A stretch of 62,291 bases of DNA, counting the filler, from Squatina squatina (taxonomy: Eukaryota), in assembly GCA_031763465.1 (NCBI GenBank). It is 4 parts of 4 records of this genome, joined end to end, with 100 filler letters (N's around TTAATTAATTAA, not from the genome) between each part and the next. Parts side by side here need not be neighbours in the genome. Positions count along the whole stretch, not along the records: positions 1 to 18,043 come from JARFOE010000039.1; 3 more parts are not named here. One strand, 5' to 3'. Of this stretch, positions 1-12,832 are shown piece after piece (positions within the stretch are counted from its first letter, which is position 1; every line of letters starts with the position of its first letter). A model generated the notes under the pieces. The model saw nothing but the letters and a program-made list of their open reading frames with translations. It was not told the origin of the DNA and searched no databases. A program made the position numbers and the translations under genes.

Positions 1-196
1 AAGAAAGGAGAGAAAGAAGAAGGAATGAAAGAGAGAAAGTAGGGGAGAAAGAAGAAGAGAAAGAAAGAGAAAGAAAGAATGAGAAAAAGAGGGAAAGAAA
101 GAGGGAGAGAAAGAAAGAGAGAAAGAAGGAGAGAAAGATTGAAAGAAGGAAAGAGGGAGAGAAAGGAGAAAAAGGAGAGAAAGAAGGAGAGAAAGA
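1..196. repeat. Purine-rich (GA/GAAA) low-complexity repeat
   Basis: Almost only A and G; ends at a gap. Confidence 0.95.
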
Positions 197-332
197 NNNN
201 NNNNNNNNNNNNNNNNNNNNNNNNNNNNNNNNNNNNNNNNNNNNNNNNNNNNNNNNNNNNNNNNNNNNNNNNNNNNNNNNNNNNNNNNNNNNNNNNNNNN
301 NNNNNNNNNNNNNNNNNNNNNNNNNNNNNNNN

Positions 333-611
333 TTTTCTATAGCGCTTTTATGACCTCAAGACACCCCAAAACATCTTACAGCCAATTAAGTACTTTTTGA
401 AGTGTAATCGTCTTGTAATGTCAGAAGTCAATTTGTGCACAGCAAGCTCCCAGAAACAGCAGCGTGGCAATAACCAGATAATCTCACGTTTAGTGATGCT
501 GGCTGAGGGATACATATTGTCCAGGACACGGGGGAGAACTCCCCCTGCTCTCCTTCGAAAGAGTTCCACGGGATCTTTTACGTCCACCTGAGAGGGCAGA
601 CGGGGCCTCGG
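333..611 (-). mobile_element. SacSINE1-like Deu-SINE, 3' two-thirds
   Basis: Collinear with the full copy at 34862-35326 (GGGATCTTTTACGTCCACCTGAGAGGGCAGACGGGGCCTCGG; CACAGCAAGCTCCCA). Confidence 0.85.
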
Positions 612-1169
612 ATGAACGCAAGTAAAAACCGCACACATTTGAGAACTTCCACCCACAAACTTTAGGATCTGCAATAAAATTGAAAGGACTTGTCGAAAGC
701 TTTGGAAGGCAACTTGAGGAATGCTTCACAGCATTTGGCCTTTCATCTCTCCTTGCCATTCTGCTTGTTTTCCTTCTCCTCTATCCTCTTTCTGTGTCAT
801 GCAGGCAGAACTTTGCATCACAGTCCTTGTAATATTCATAAATAAGTCATATATTTATAATGAAATACCATAAAGCATTTCCAAAGCCTCTGCCTTTTAG
901 ACTTCCTCAAGGGAGGAAGCAGGAATCAAAGTATTTTACTTCATTCCCCAAGGAAGGCCTAACGGATGAAGACTGGGTAAAATTGTCAGTTCTCTGTGTG
1001 CTTTACAGTGGTCCATTATGAAATATACAGTACCTTTTATTCCAAACACCAAAATCCTTNNNNNNNNNNNNNNNNNNNNNNNNNNNNNNNNNNNNNNNNN
1101 NNNNNNNNNNNNNNNNNNNNNNNNNNNNNNNNNNNNNNNNNNNNNNNNNNNNNNNNNNNTCTACAAACT

Positions 1170-1725
1170 TACCTGAGGGTCCGGGAGCCACGTAAACTTG
1201 CTGTCTTCTGCCTCCATAGTTGGGCATGCGCAGCGGGCCTCTCCTCTCTGGTTTCTAAGCGCTTTGGAGAGACTGGAGAAATCATGTGGGAGGCCTCAAC
1301 CAATCAGGTAGGAGTATCTCCCGCTCATGTTTTTGCAGATCTGTTCCATGTATGGCAGATTTGTAAAAGTATGAATGGGAGATACTAAACTGCACAAGCA
1401 CATCAAAAAACATTTAAAAAACTATTGTAACATTAACATTTTAAAACTCTTACTCTGGTAAAACCAAACCTGTACGCTTGGTTTACCGTGAGTAAAATAA
1501 TAAAGAGATTTCCACAGGCAAGAGTTGAGAAAATATCGCGACTCTCCGCCCTGGAAACCTCTTTTCCAGCAGAAGCGGATGATCTGTCAGGAGAAACCCT
1601 GACAGATCGCAAGTTCCGGATCTGGGGGTATGTGCAGTGCAGCCTGAGATTCGGAACTAGCGAGGTCCCCCCAGGTGCGTGCGAACAGGGGGTGGTGGGG
1701 GGACCCAGAGGGATCGCAGTTTCAA
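1170..1725. mobile_element. Probable non-autonomous DNA transposon (MITE-like) remnant with internal hairpins
   Basis: Perfect 11-bp stem GATCTGTCAGG/CCTGACAGATC (1581-1608) next to a 13/15-bp stem (1609-1661); GC-rich ends around an AT-rich core. Confidence 0.45.
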
Positions 1726-3622
1726 CACATATGTGATTCTATATGACTCTAGGTAATGAGATCTTACACAGGTGTGCAACCACCTTCCTCCAGTTAGTCA
1801 CACGTGCCTGTTTTGTGTTGGCCGGAGCTGCACACAGGCAAAAACACGCAAACCGACCAGCAGATTCCCTGCCACAGTAAACAATCACTCACTTTGTGTG
1901 CCATTTCAGTGTAATTGAATGTAATCCATGGGCAACATTCGAAAAGCAAATAGCGATAATTAATCTTTAGAGTGTTTTTTAAAGTAGCAGCTGATGTTAA
2001 AAACGTCCAGAGGTCTATTAGGGTGTTAATTTTCTCTGCTTAGACGAAGCCCATCAAAGCCCAAAGGCTTTTAACATGCCATTTGCACAGGCATTGGCTG
2101 AAGTACACAGCACTCAGCTGTGATTCCAGATAACAGGATGTGTTTGTGCCTGATTGCATGGAATAGAATTTTTTTTTTAGAAAGATAAAAAAAGTCATTA
2201 TGTTTTCCAACCCCCGCCCCTGTATATATCAGTCACATTTATTCACATTTCCCTCAATCCCTTCTCTCTCTCTCGGAATAGATCTGATNNNNNNNNNNNN
2301 NNNNNNNNNNNNNNNNNNNNNNNNNNNNNNNNNNNNNNNNNNNNNNNNNNNNNNNNNNNNNNNNNNNNNNNNNNNNNNNNNNNNNNNNCACCATAGTAGC
2401 GATTTTAACTTGAGGCACCTAGTAACTTAATTTATCCAGTTCCCTTTGAATCCTATCGATCACCTCAGTATTGGCCACGTGAGCATGTGTATCAGCAAAC
2501 TTTATAATGAAACTTCTACCAATATTATCCAGTTATGCAGACTAGAAATCCATGCTGCAGAGCTTTATAACTAGTATCCAAAGAACATGTTGAGTCACTG
2601 CAATTATTTTGTGATGAGTGTTGTAATCTGTTTGATTGTCATTTGATATTTTCTGAATGTTAAACCAGAGCAGTGCAGTAATATAGGGTAATGCCCATCA
2701 AATAACATCTCAGCCAGGATTGCCTGTTAAAGATTAGTGGAATAAGCTTGCCATGTACAGCTTGAGACAATTAGTGAAATCAATCCGAAACAAGCCAGAA
2801 CAGCAGAAACAATGGTGCTAGTGGCAGTAAAACAAATTAATCCGCGCAGGAAAAACAAATAACAGTGTATATATCATACCAAATAACGGATAGCTTAGTG
2901 TATTCTAGAGCTATAAATATATGTGGGGTGCCATTTGCCTTCAGCATATTGTAAAATAAAACTTAACATATTTTCAGTATAAATCATGCTGTACAATATC
3001 AGTTCAGTGTGACTTGCACGATACAATCGTAACACGCTTGTTATCTGTCTAAAATAGAATTACTGTCGCTGTACTGAGCGATAACGCATTAATTTCAGGG
3101 TTCAGCTGACAGAAATAAACACTTTGAACTCATTTGTGTCATTGATTGAACCCCATGATGTACTCCTTGAAAATATCTTTAGCTAACTCTTCTACTTGTA
3201 ACATGTAAAAGGAAGCAATAGTAGGTGAGCATTATACTGCCTGCTAAAGTGACGATGACCTGGATCACTCCAATCACTTTCTGCTTGGATTGAGAAAGCC
3301 ACACAAATTTAATCCATGAAAGACCTCTTATATTTTAGTTATCCATTTGTTCATAAAATTTAGGCACAAGAAGGTAAATTTTCACTGATATCATCAGTCT
3401 GATGCCCGAACCATTTTGATGGTTGAGCCTCATTTACATTTCATTGGCATACTGCCCACACATTTCCAGTGATGACATGCACCTGTCCAACTGGAGGGTG
3501 GGATTTCCACAGGCCTAGTGCTCATTTAAAGACTGCGTGCACTTCCTAAAGCGAGCTGTCAATTAACTCTGTAAATCTGTGCTGCTCCTGGGAGGTTTTT
3601 GGAGAGTAATATGTTACAGGCA

Positions 3623-3759
3623 AGAGCACCTCAATCCTCTGACACAGTGATGGAGGTGCTCATGGAGCAGGTGAGGGCACACAGGTGGGTGCTGGTCCCC
3701 ATAGATGGCAGGAGGGTGACCAAGCAGACCTAGAGTAGTCCTGGAGGGAGGTGGCAGAC
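3623..3759 (+). mobile_element. Degenerate Myb/SANT-like ORF fragment of a PIF/Harbinger transposon
   Basis: Translates RAPQSSDTVMEVLMEQVRAHRWVLVPIDGRR..(stop, frameshift)..WREVAD; resembles the N-terminus of Harbinger-associated Myb-like (NAIF1/MSANTD-type) proteins. Confidence 0.55.
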
Positions 3760-4807
3760 AATGCTTGTCACCTGCAACATCAACCCCCCCACCACCACAC
3801 CCCACCCTACACCCCCCGCCCCCATCTCGAAGAACTCACAGCTTTGTGTCTACACGAACAGTTTTTATTACATTTCATAGCAAGGTGTTATCTTCTACAT
3901 CTGTCTATGATTTCTGTGAAGTGTTCACAGTAGTTGTTCCATTTTAATTAAGTGAATTTGGAAAGGCTACATGCATTTTTGCCCTGTTTCATCATTCTCC
4001 TCATGGGATGTGTCTGGTGTCTGCCAATTTTTGCCACACAGACTCCCTTCTGCTCCACTGTGGATAGGTTGCATTAATGAGAGTGAGTCAGGAGAACTTG
4101 TTGCCCAGTGGCACAGTTGTAAGGGCCGAAAAACATAGCAGTCCATATCCACCATTCCTTCCTGTCAATTATTCTGCTTGCTATAAATTACACCGATCCT
4201 GTACTTTGCTGCTGGACTGAATAGGGTCGATTCTCCTCAAGTGGACCCTGGCTGCATGACCTAGCTGTGACGTACTGCAGGAGCACTGCGTCTATGATGA
4301 GAGGAGTCTGATCAATTTTCCTGGCCCAGACCAGTTGCATGGCCAGACACTCTCTGAACATTGACCCACCCCTTGACAGGGCTTTGCGCTGGTATCGGGG
4401 TTGGAAACGAGAGTGCAGCCAGAGGCCTGAAAGGCAGCAGTCAGAAGGCACTGAGACTCGAAAGCCATGCTGCGTGCATACCTTTAGCCATTACTGATCT
4501 CTAGGTTGCTCCCAATGCTGCCAAAGGCCCCCTGTTCTGTGGGGAGTCACGCAAAAGCCCCACCACCAGATTTTTTGGGGCACACATCCATTTGGGCGCT
4601 CAACAGGCACATTCAGAGGAAACGAGAGTCAAAGGCATTCTCTCCCACCTCAATTATAGGCTGATGCTGGGCTTGCTTTTAGTGCAGGCTGATATCGCAA
4701 TCCCGCCCATTTTGAGAACTCCAGAAGTCCTGGGGCAGTTTAGTAGGAGCAGAGATCTGGTGCAATGGGTCTCTACTCCATGTCTCCATCACTCTGCCTA
4801 GGAAGTT

Positions 4808-5583
4808 AGGGAGAAAAATTCACCTGCAATGCTTTGGGGCAGTAGCGGGGCGGGAGCCAGCATTTTTCGTGTCGGCCCCCGAACCGCCCCGCCCACCACA
4901 GAATTTGCCGTTCAAGGGTGAGAGCGAGGCACAGCAATGTGGAACTGGGGTGGCTGGCCGGCGACGTCACTGACGTGGCCTCAGCGCCACGCTGGCGATA
5001 TCAGCTGCGCCACGCCAGCCTCGCTGCCTGCTGACATCAGACACAGCGCGATGTCAGGAGCGTGGCCCGGCCTCCCTTAAAGGGGAGGGCCGCCGGCCAT
5101 TCTGACGGTGCCCCCCCGCGGCCGGACACTGGGCCACCAGCCTGACATGCCATTCGGCGTGCCAGGCGAGGGGATGGTGGCCTGATCGAGCCAGGAGCCG
5201 CCTTCAGTCGGCCAACATGAGATTCGGCCATCAAATACAATGGCGCCCGCCCATTTACGAGGGCCGTCGCAGCGACAGGTTTTTGTTGTCGCTGCAACTG
5301 CCCGGCGCTGCTGCCACCTCTCGTGGGTGAACTCCGCCTGCGGGAAGTAAACGGAGCGCAAAGGGCGTCACGGCTGTGCAGTGCAGGTCGGCGCGCTTTT
5401 TTATGATGTCACACGCCGACCCGACGTGGAATTCGCTGGGCCAGGCGCAAAGGCCTTTGCGGTCCAGCTGAATTCCCCAGGAGGCGAGATGGCCACCTCC
5501 CCGCACCATTTTGTCCAGCATTGCCCCCTTAGCGCCCCTTGGAGGCGCTAGCGGGGCACAACCAGAGCTGAATTTCACCCCCT
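4808..5583. mobile_element. CpG-rich Harbinger-like MITE
   Basis: Imperfect 15-bp TIR, AGGGAGAAAAATTCA vs reverse complement AGGGGGTGAAATTCA (12/15); internal CCTTAAAGGGRAGGGCCGC shared with 29476-30091; no credible ORF. Confidence 0.6.
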
Positions 5584-5675
5584 TTATGTTGCGGATGTGA
5601 CTTTCACTGTAAAATTCAAACCGGTCAATCCACGCCTTGACCCTGGGTATTCTCAGCTGATTTGGGTTAGATTGA

Positions 5676-5768
5676 ACGGGGCGGGAGGAGACTCGAGTGG
5701 AGCATAAATGCTCCAGTTGGGCCGAATGGCCTGTTTCTGTGCTGTGGACTTCATGTAAGTCCATGTAT
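5676..5768 (+). mobile_element. CR1-type LINE 3' tail
   Basis: GGGCCGAATGGCCTGTTTCTGTGCTG followed by a short-period terminal repeat (CATGTAAGTCCATGTA). Confidence 0.65.
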
Positions 5769-7133
5769 CCTCACATTTAAATGAAGGGACTCGGCATCGC
5801 CCGGCTTCAGAGGAGTGTAGTGCTATCACCACAGTGACTCAGCATGGATCCCACTTCATTGCTTCCCGCTAATCTCCACAATACTTCTCCCATCTTAGAT
5901 ATTTCCGTCGTGAGCTAGATTCACAAGTATATCAAAGACGCCACCTAAACATCTCCGGCTAAGAGTGTCTCTGTAGATTATCTGTGAAATATCATTCCAG
6001 CAGGTTATGTAAATACAGAGAGACATCTCGTTAGAATTTTAAATGCAACACAGTCCCAGAGCCAGAAATTCATTAGACTGTCTGTTGACAAAGATGATGT
6101 GATTTCTCCAAGTTCCCCGGATAGGATGCAAGAAGTCAGAACCTCAATTCAACGTTCCATTTATAAAATGATAGAGGTGATGAACGAAATGGATTTCTCA
6201 TCTCATTTTTTTGATCGTTAATGTGTGGCTCNNNNNNNNNNNNNNNNNNNNNNNNNNNNNNNNNNNNNNNNNNNNNNNNNNNNNNNNNNNNNNNNNNNNN
6301 NNNNNNNNNNNNNNNNNNNNNNNNNNNNNNNACTTCATTGGCTGTAAAGGCAAGTCTTTATATGATGAAGAATTCTTTCTCCCTCGATGTTCCTCTCTTT
6401 CTTCCCATTGCTTTTCACACGTTACAGTGTTCTGCTTGACTTTCCGACGGTGACTCCAAAAGCGAATTGAAAATGTGTATTCTGAGTCCACATTCACAGA
6501 AGGAAGATGTGAAAGGCAGTCTCGAGTGTCTCAGAGAACAATGCTATCAGCCATCAGATGTGTCAGCTGGATGGCATTCTGTCAGTCGAATCAAAGTCAT
6601 TTCTACCTGGAAGCATACTTATTACATTTATGACATATATGAATATGTTGCTGTTTCGTTATTTTGTATTTATTTGACGAAGCAATATTCCTACGGCTTT
6701 CAAAGCCTGTTGCCTTCTGAAGTGGTATTCTCCTTTATGTTTCATAGTCCTGTCATAAAATTCAACCTATTTGAAATAAATTTTGTCAAATAAAATGACA
6801 GTGGTAATAAAGGAGTTGGCTACACTCTTTAATTTATCTTATGAAAAAAAAAATTCATTCTGTTGGCTTCAGATCGAGAACATTAACAGCAGTAGCGACT
6901 TTAGTGCGATTTAAGACGAGATGTGCAGGCGGACTGATAAAAATTAACAAGCCGGCTGTCAGTCGAGGGGGTTTGAAAGAATTGACTATTTTCGCAACAC
7001 TGCCGTGGCCAGATTTCACAGTGCAGCACCGAGNNNNNNNNNNNNNNNNNNNNNNNNNNNNNNNNNNNNNNNNNNNNNNNNNNNNNNNNNNNNNNNNNNN
7101 NNNNNNNNNNNNNNNNNNNNNNNNNNNNNNNNN

Positions 7134-7415
7134 TTTCTAAATGGTGAGAATCTAGGAACTGTGGAAGCGCAGAGAGATATCGAGGGTCCAAATACAGAAA
7201 CCATTAAAAGCTAGTGGACAGTTACAAATAATTAATCGGGCTACTGGCCTTTTTCTCGAGGGGGTTGGAGTACAAAAGGGTGGAATTAATGTTGGTTATT
7301 TAAATCTCTGGTTAGGCCCCAGTTAGAGTGCTGAGTTCAGTTCTGGGCATCACACAACTCGAAGGATATATTGGCCTTCAAGGCCGTGCAATGCAGATTC
7401 ACCAGAATGATGCCT
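7134..7415 (+). mobile_element. CR1 LINE ORF2 fragment (region downstream of RT)
   Basis: Degenerate FLNGENLGTVEAQRD..YKSLVRPQLE..QFWA-type reading with stops and indels. Confidence 0.7.
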
Positions 7416-8782
7416 CGATTATTAATGATCCTGCTCCCTCCTGCGCTTTGGCCGAGGAGTTAAACTGAGGTCCCAGCTGCCTGTTCTAGTCAGTCAGCTG
7501 AATGTTTAAAAATCCTGTGCCAATATTGGAACAAAAGCAAGGATCTCTGTCAGTGCCCTGGCCAGCCTTCTTCCCTCCCATCCCAAACCGCACCAAAACA
7601 TTCATTGGCATTGCTGTTGGCCATTTGGCACACAGCAAGATCCCACTGTCACATTTGCTTACACGAGAGTAGTGAGTGCGCTGCAAGTAATTAATTGCGC
7701 GTGGAGACATTTCCCCAGGAGAAGTTCTCGAATTTGGCAATGTTATCTACCACCCCGGGGACTTCCTTCTGTACATTCACCGCTTTGTGGAAGATATAAA
7801 ACTCTCTCTTCACCTCCCTCTTTTGAGCTCGAGCCCATTGTAGTGTTTGTGACTCTAGCAAACCAATTGTTAGGGTTCAATGGACTGAGGTTTGATGAAT
7901 AACAATAGAGCTATTAGTACAGATCTGAAGCCTATAAAATGTAACCAGGAGTTCAACAAGAATGCATTATAAGGGGACGCAACTGATAAATATGTGACTT
8001 TAAGGCAATAGATTGTATCAGACATGGAATGGAATAGATAGCAATCTATTGCAAGCTTTCACAAATCATTTTACAAACCCATATGATACGTACTGTAATG
8101 GGCAACAATACATTCAAGGTCTTAATCATAAAGAAAAATTACTAAGAGCAAATCGGAAATAAAATTATAGCTGGAAAAAAAATGGTAAAACCAATTGAAA
8201 GAAAAAATGCTGCATTGTTGCGGTATAGCTACAACAGTCCAATAAACCCCTTATTGATGCACTTAAATGAGATATATGCTTAAAAAAAACACTGAAAGCT
8301 TAAATATTTGTTCAGACAATCTTTTCTTGAATCTTCCCAAATATTGCCAGTTGAACTCCNNNNNNNNNNNNNNNNNNNNNNNNNNNNNNNNNNNNNNNNN
8401 NNNNNNNNNNNNNNNNNNNNNNNNNNNNNNNNNNNNNNNNNNNNNNNNNNNNNNNNNNNGACGCCTTTGAAACAGGAAGAATTAAATAGAAATTCCATCG
8501 AAACGCAACATTTCTAGTAAGAATGTATTATCATTTGCAACATGTCCGGAAATGATGTTCTTGACTGGCTGCAAAAATAAACATTTAGATTTGTTACCAT
8601 GTATAACACGCACCTTAACTTTGAGATAATTTTTTTAACGAAAAAATGCGTATTATATTCAGAAAATTAGGGTAGATCCATCTTGGTTGCAAAGCCAGCC
8701 ATTTGACGGAGAGAGGCACCAGAGCGATAAACGGGAGGAGAAAATCCTGCACCTGGTTAAAATCTGTTGCATCTTCAACTTT

Positions 8783-8935
8783 TCCAGTTCTGACGAAGGG
8801 TCATCGAAACATTAACACTCTCTCTCTCTCTCCATCTCTTTCTCCCTCTCAACGGCTGCTGCCTGGCCTGTTGAGTGCTGCCAGCATTCTCTGTTTTTGT
8901 TTCAGATCCCAGCATCCGCAGTATTTTGCTGTTGG
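8783..8935 (+). mobile_element. Penelope-like element terminus with a degenerate hammerhead core
   Basis: GTT-CTGACGA-AGGGTCATC-GAAAC-ATT-AAC, then ..GCTGCCTGGCCTGTTGAGTGCTGCCAGCATTCTCTGTTTTTGTTTCAGAT..; a related tail is at 24436-24490. Confidence 0.6.
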
Positions 8936-9420
8936 AGAAAAATCCTGACTTCCTTTAGAATCTGGAAAACAAACGGCATGGAAATTTCAATAATAAGTCA
9001 ACACCATGCCATAGCAACCAGATTAATCTCCAAACATTTTTTGCACACTGATCCCTCCATCGCCTCTCCTGGTCTCTGTTCCCTGCCAGTTACTCGGAGC
9101 TGAGTGAAAGTGGTTGCCTGGCAATATAGATGCCAGAATGTTGAGGTGCATCCATTTGTCTCCTGGAGATGCATTATGTCCCAACTCTCAATTTCGACAA
9201 ATCGGCACACCGTTTATCTTGACATGAATGATTAATGTTCTTACCGGTCGTGTTCTTTTTAATAAGATATCGCAGAAATAATTCAAACAGCTATTAAGGC
9301 TGGAACTCCAAGCTCGTCAATGCTTACTACTTAGGCTTGCTTCAACGGAAAGACGTTCCTTCATGTATATTTACGTTGTGTTCGCCCTTGTGTGTGCATC
9401 AGAATCACATCGCCAATTAA

Positions 9421-9518
9421 AAGAAAGACTTGCATTTCTATAGTGCCTTTCACAACCACCGGACGTCCCAAAGCGCTTTACAGCCAATGAAGTACTTTTG
9501 GAGTGTAGTCACTGTTGC
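9421..9518 (-). mobile_element. SacSINE1-like 3' tail
   Basis: AAGAAAGACTTGCATTTCTATAG..CAGCCAATGAAGTACTTTT; matches the tail of 34862-35326. Confidence 0.8.
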
Positions 9519-10564
9519 NNNNNNNNNNNNNNNNNNNNNNNNNNNNNNNNNNNNNNNNNNNNNNNNNNNNNNNNNNNNNNNNNNNNNNNNNNNNNNNNNN
9601 NNNNNNNNNNNNNNNNNNACCAGGGAGGCAACATACCATCCTGGAGTCTCGTTTGCGGCCGCAGAAACGCCTATCTATTCCCCTTACAATCGAATGGAAA
9701 TGAAACAGGTAGCAGTGTAATAGGTTGCCCGATCTGGGAAAGCAAAGATCCATGGATGTCGTATACACAGTTAATCAATTAGCAGAACTCCAAGCACCAG
9801 TGTCTAGCAGGCAGTGAAATTTTTTTATATTAAGTATCGACAAGATAGTCTCTTCAAAAAGTAGAAATGGTAAAATTGGCCAGTTCCTGATGTGGAGTCT
9901 TGAGGCCCATGCACCACACAAAATACTAAACCGATGCTGGCTTGGCTGCAGTTATACTGCCGTGGGCGTGAAGCCAAGGTGATGCGAGACTACCTCCGAG
10001 AGATGGTCTCGCATCATCTGGCTACATTTTGGTGCGTGCTTTCTTTGGAGGGGGAAAGATGGGGAGAGAGAGAGAGAAAGCATAGAGTCGGAGAGAAGGA
10101 GCGCTCATTGATTTCTCTACTGGAGTAGCTTCAAACTTTTAGTATTGATTCATTGGAAACTGTACTTTGCCAGACAGACTTCAATTTCAGTGAGATCATT
10201 TGTAAAGATGGCTAAAAATAGCAGGTGCTGCTATGTTGCTGTGACTCCAACAAATTTGTCAGTGTTAAAATGAAAGCAAAAATTTCGAGGAGTCGATAAA
10301 TACCTTTTGATTGTTTGCACTTTACTGATGTGTGTAAGAATAATTGTGACAATCTACTTTTGTATAGAAAGAAGATGCAGTATTGTAACAGATAGGATGT
10401 AGCAAATACCATACTTACTTGCATACAGGCTACAGCTACATATATATATCACACCCTGAAATTTCCCGTTGTCTTTCCCTGAGGGAAAATATACATATTA
10501 ATAACTCGTTTGTAGGCCACATGGCCCACTTAATCAATGAAGCTTGAACAGAATAGTCACAATA

Positions 10565-10870
10565 GTCGAGAACCAGGGGTCACAGACTTAGGCATTTAGG
10601 ACTGAGATGAGGAAACATTTCTTCACCCAGGGCATGGTGAATCTTTGAGTCTCCACAGCCCTCTGGGGTAGAGAATTCCAGTCATTGTGTCGGTTCAAGA
10701 TAGAGATTGATAGATTTTTGGATAATTATGGGAATCAAGGGATATGGGGATACTGCAGGAAAATGGAGTTGAGTTCGAAGATCAGCCATGGTCTTGTCGA
10801 ATGGCAGAGCAGGCTGAAAGGGCCAAACGGCCTACTCCTGCTCCTATTTCTTATGTTCGTATGTTCTTAA
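10565..10870 (+). mobile_element. CR1 LINE 3' end containing a 33-bp inversion
   Basis: GAGATGAGGAAACATTTCTTCACCCAG..GGCCAAACGGCCTACTCCTGCTCCTATTTCTTATGTTCGTATG; same family as 25580, 31940, 32857 and 36765. Confidence 0.85.
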
Positions 10871-12224
10871 TGATTTATTGAAGTAAATATAACAGCCTTA
10901 TACAAAACTTCCTATATTAGATCTATTTTATATTAACATCAAGGTGCAGCATTATGTTTCACTTCAAACTGTAGTGTGCCAGCGCACCGATAAGCTAACA
11001 TTTTAAAAGATTCACAGACATATTAAAAATAATCACTTACATTTTTCAGTAATAATCTAATCTTGGCTGAAAAATGAAACTGCTCTTTATGGTTTACATT
11101 TCCTGAACCCCCTCAGTTGGAGTACTGCCTCATTATTGACTGTGATTCTTCATTTTCTGTTTATTCCCTCGATATGCAGCTATCATGTACAATGCATCGG
11201 CAATTTGAGACTTGCTATTCCTCACACTGATTCGCTACAGAGATCAATCACAACTTGCTNNNNNNNNNNNNNNNNNNNNNNNNNNNNNNNNNNNNNNNNN
11301 NNNNNNNNNNNNNNNNNNNNNNNNNNNNNNNNNNNNNNNNNNNNNNNNNNNNNNNNNNNTCAAACATTTATGATGTTAGTAGGAGGTGACCAGTTTCCTT
11401 TTGAACCAAGCTGCATGAAGTAATTCACTAATTCCATGAGGGGAGAAAAAAATCTCTAAAGAAAACGCCCAAATGCATATTGCCAAATTATGAACTTTTA
11501 ATAAATCATTATAGAATAAGTAATAAATAATACATTAAAAATTTAAATGGAATTCATATATATGCTTGAAAGAACTCCCACCTTCTATGATTAAATTATT
11601 TTCTACTCCGTGAATGAACTGTTACAAGGGACTGCGAATTGCACTTGCTTTCAGTATTATTTTATGCTTATTGTTACATTTATGAAGTCCAATTCTCTTG
11701 GCTTTATGCCACTTTATTAATATTTATTTTGCCATGTTTTAAAGCTATTTTTCCACTTTTAGGTTCCTTTTTTCCCACCCTCCCCAACCCCCCACCATGC
11801 TATTCCTGAGCGTCCCATTTAAATGTCCTCGGGCTCACAGTAATCTACTATTGTGCAGTTGTGGGATTGCTGCATCCTGCCCAGCTGAAATATCTACATT
11901 CAACGTGCCTTGATTAGCAAGTGAGAATGAATTCAAAGCAGTCGTACATTGATTGCAGGAAAGTGGAGAGTAACTTTTGCAATTTGGAGCTTCCACGATA
12001 TATTACTGTCTCTAAATAAAATACACACACACATTAGTGACGTGCCATCCAATTTATCTTGAGAAATGAAGTGTTATCCACTTGACACTTGCCCTAGGCG
12101 CAGCCAAGATCATGAACTTAATACGTAAGGAAATTACAACAAAGGCAAAGTGACGTTCCGTCACTCTACTGCCGAACATTTAACCATCAACATACTCGGC
12201 CATCGTAAGCTCAAGGAACAGCAC

Positions 12225-12832
12225 TTCAGGTGCCCAATTGGTCCATTGACGCGAGCGCTAAGAGAGCGCTAAATGGGCGCTAAGGGTCCAGCGCCCGTTT
12301 CAGCATCTAAGTGGCCTCGCCATGCACTTGGAGTGCTGTCGGTGCAGCACACAAAATGGCCGCCCATCAATCAATTCTCCTGCGTTTGTAAGACTAAAAA
12401 GTAGCGGTGACACTGCCCGGTTTTTTGGGTGGAGGCACACTGCCTCCATTGATTTTTTTTGCGATATTTAAAGAGGTAGGAGGGCGCTCCATGTTTTCAG
12501 AATTTGCACTTTTTCTGCTGGAATCACATTGGAGGCATTGTCTGCGACTGCATTAGTCACATTTAAGTTTGCCTTTGGGTCAGCAGTTTACAGTGCAAAA
12601 CCTGGGAAAAGTCAGCCATGGGTGCTGCTCTAGCGGTGGACTGGGAACTCCACCGACGTCACATGAGATACCTCAGGCACAGGCATTGGCTCCTCTTGGA
12701 GCAGAGATATGGGCACAGCAAAATGAGGCTAGGGAGGAGGCAGCACCAGCTCCTCATCATGACCTCGCCCAACAATGCCTTGACTTGCCAGAGCCAGCTC
12801 AACCACTGGTGGCACAGGCCAGACCACTGCAG
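12225..12832 (+). mobile_element. Probable Harbinger-derived remnant
   Basis: Clustered GCGCT subterminal-type motifs (12254-12296), CpG-rich, followed by a degenerate reading frame starting MGAALAV. Confidence 0.35.
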
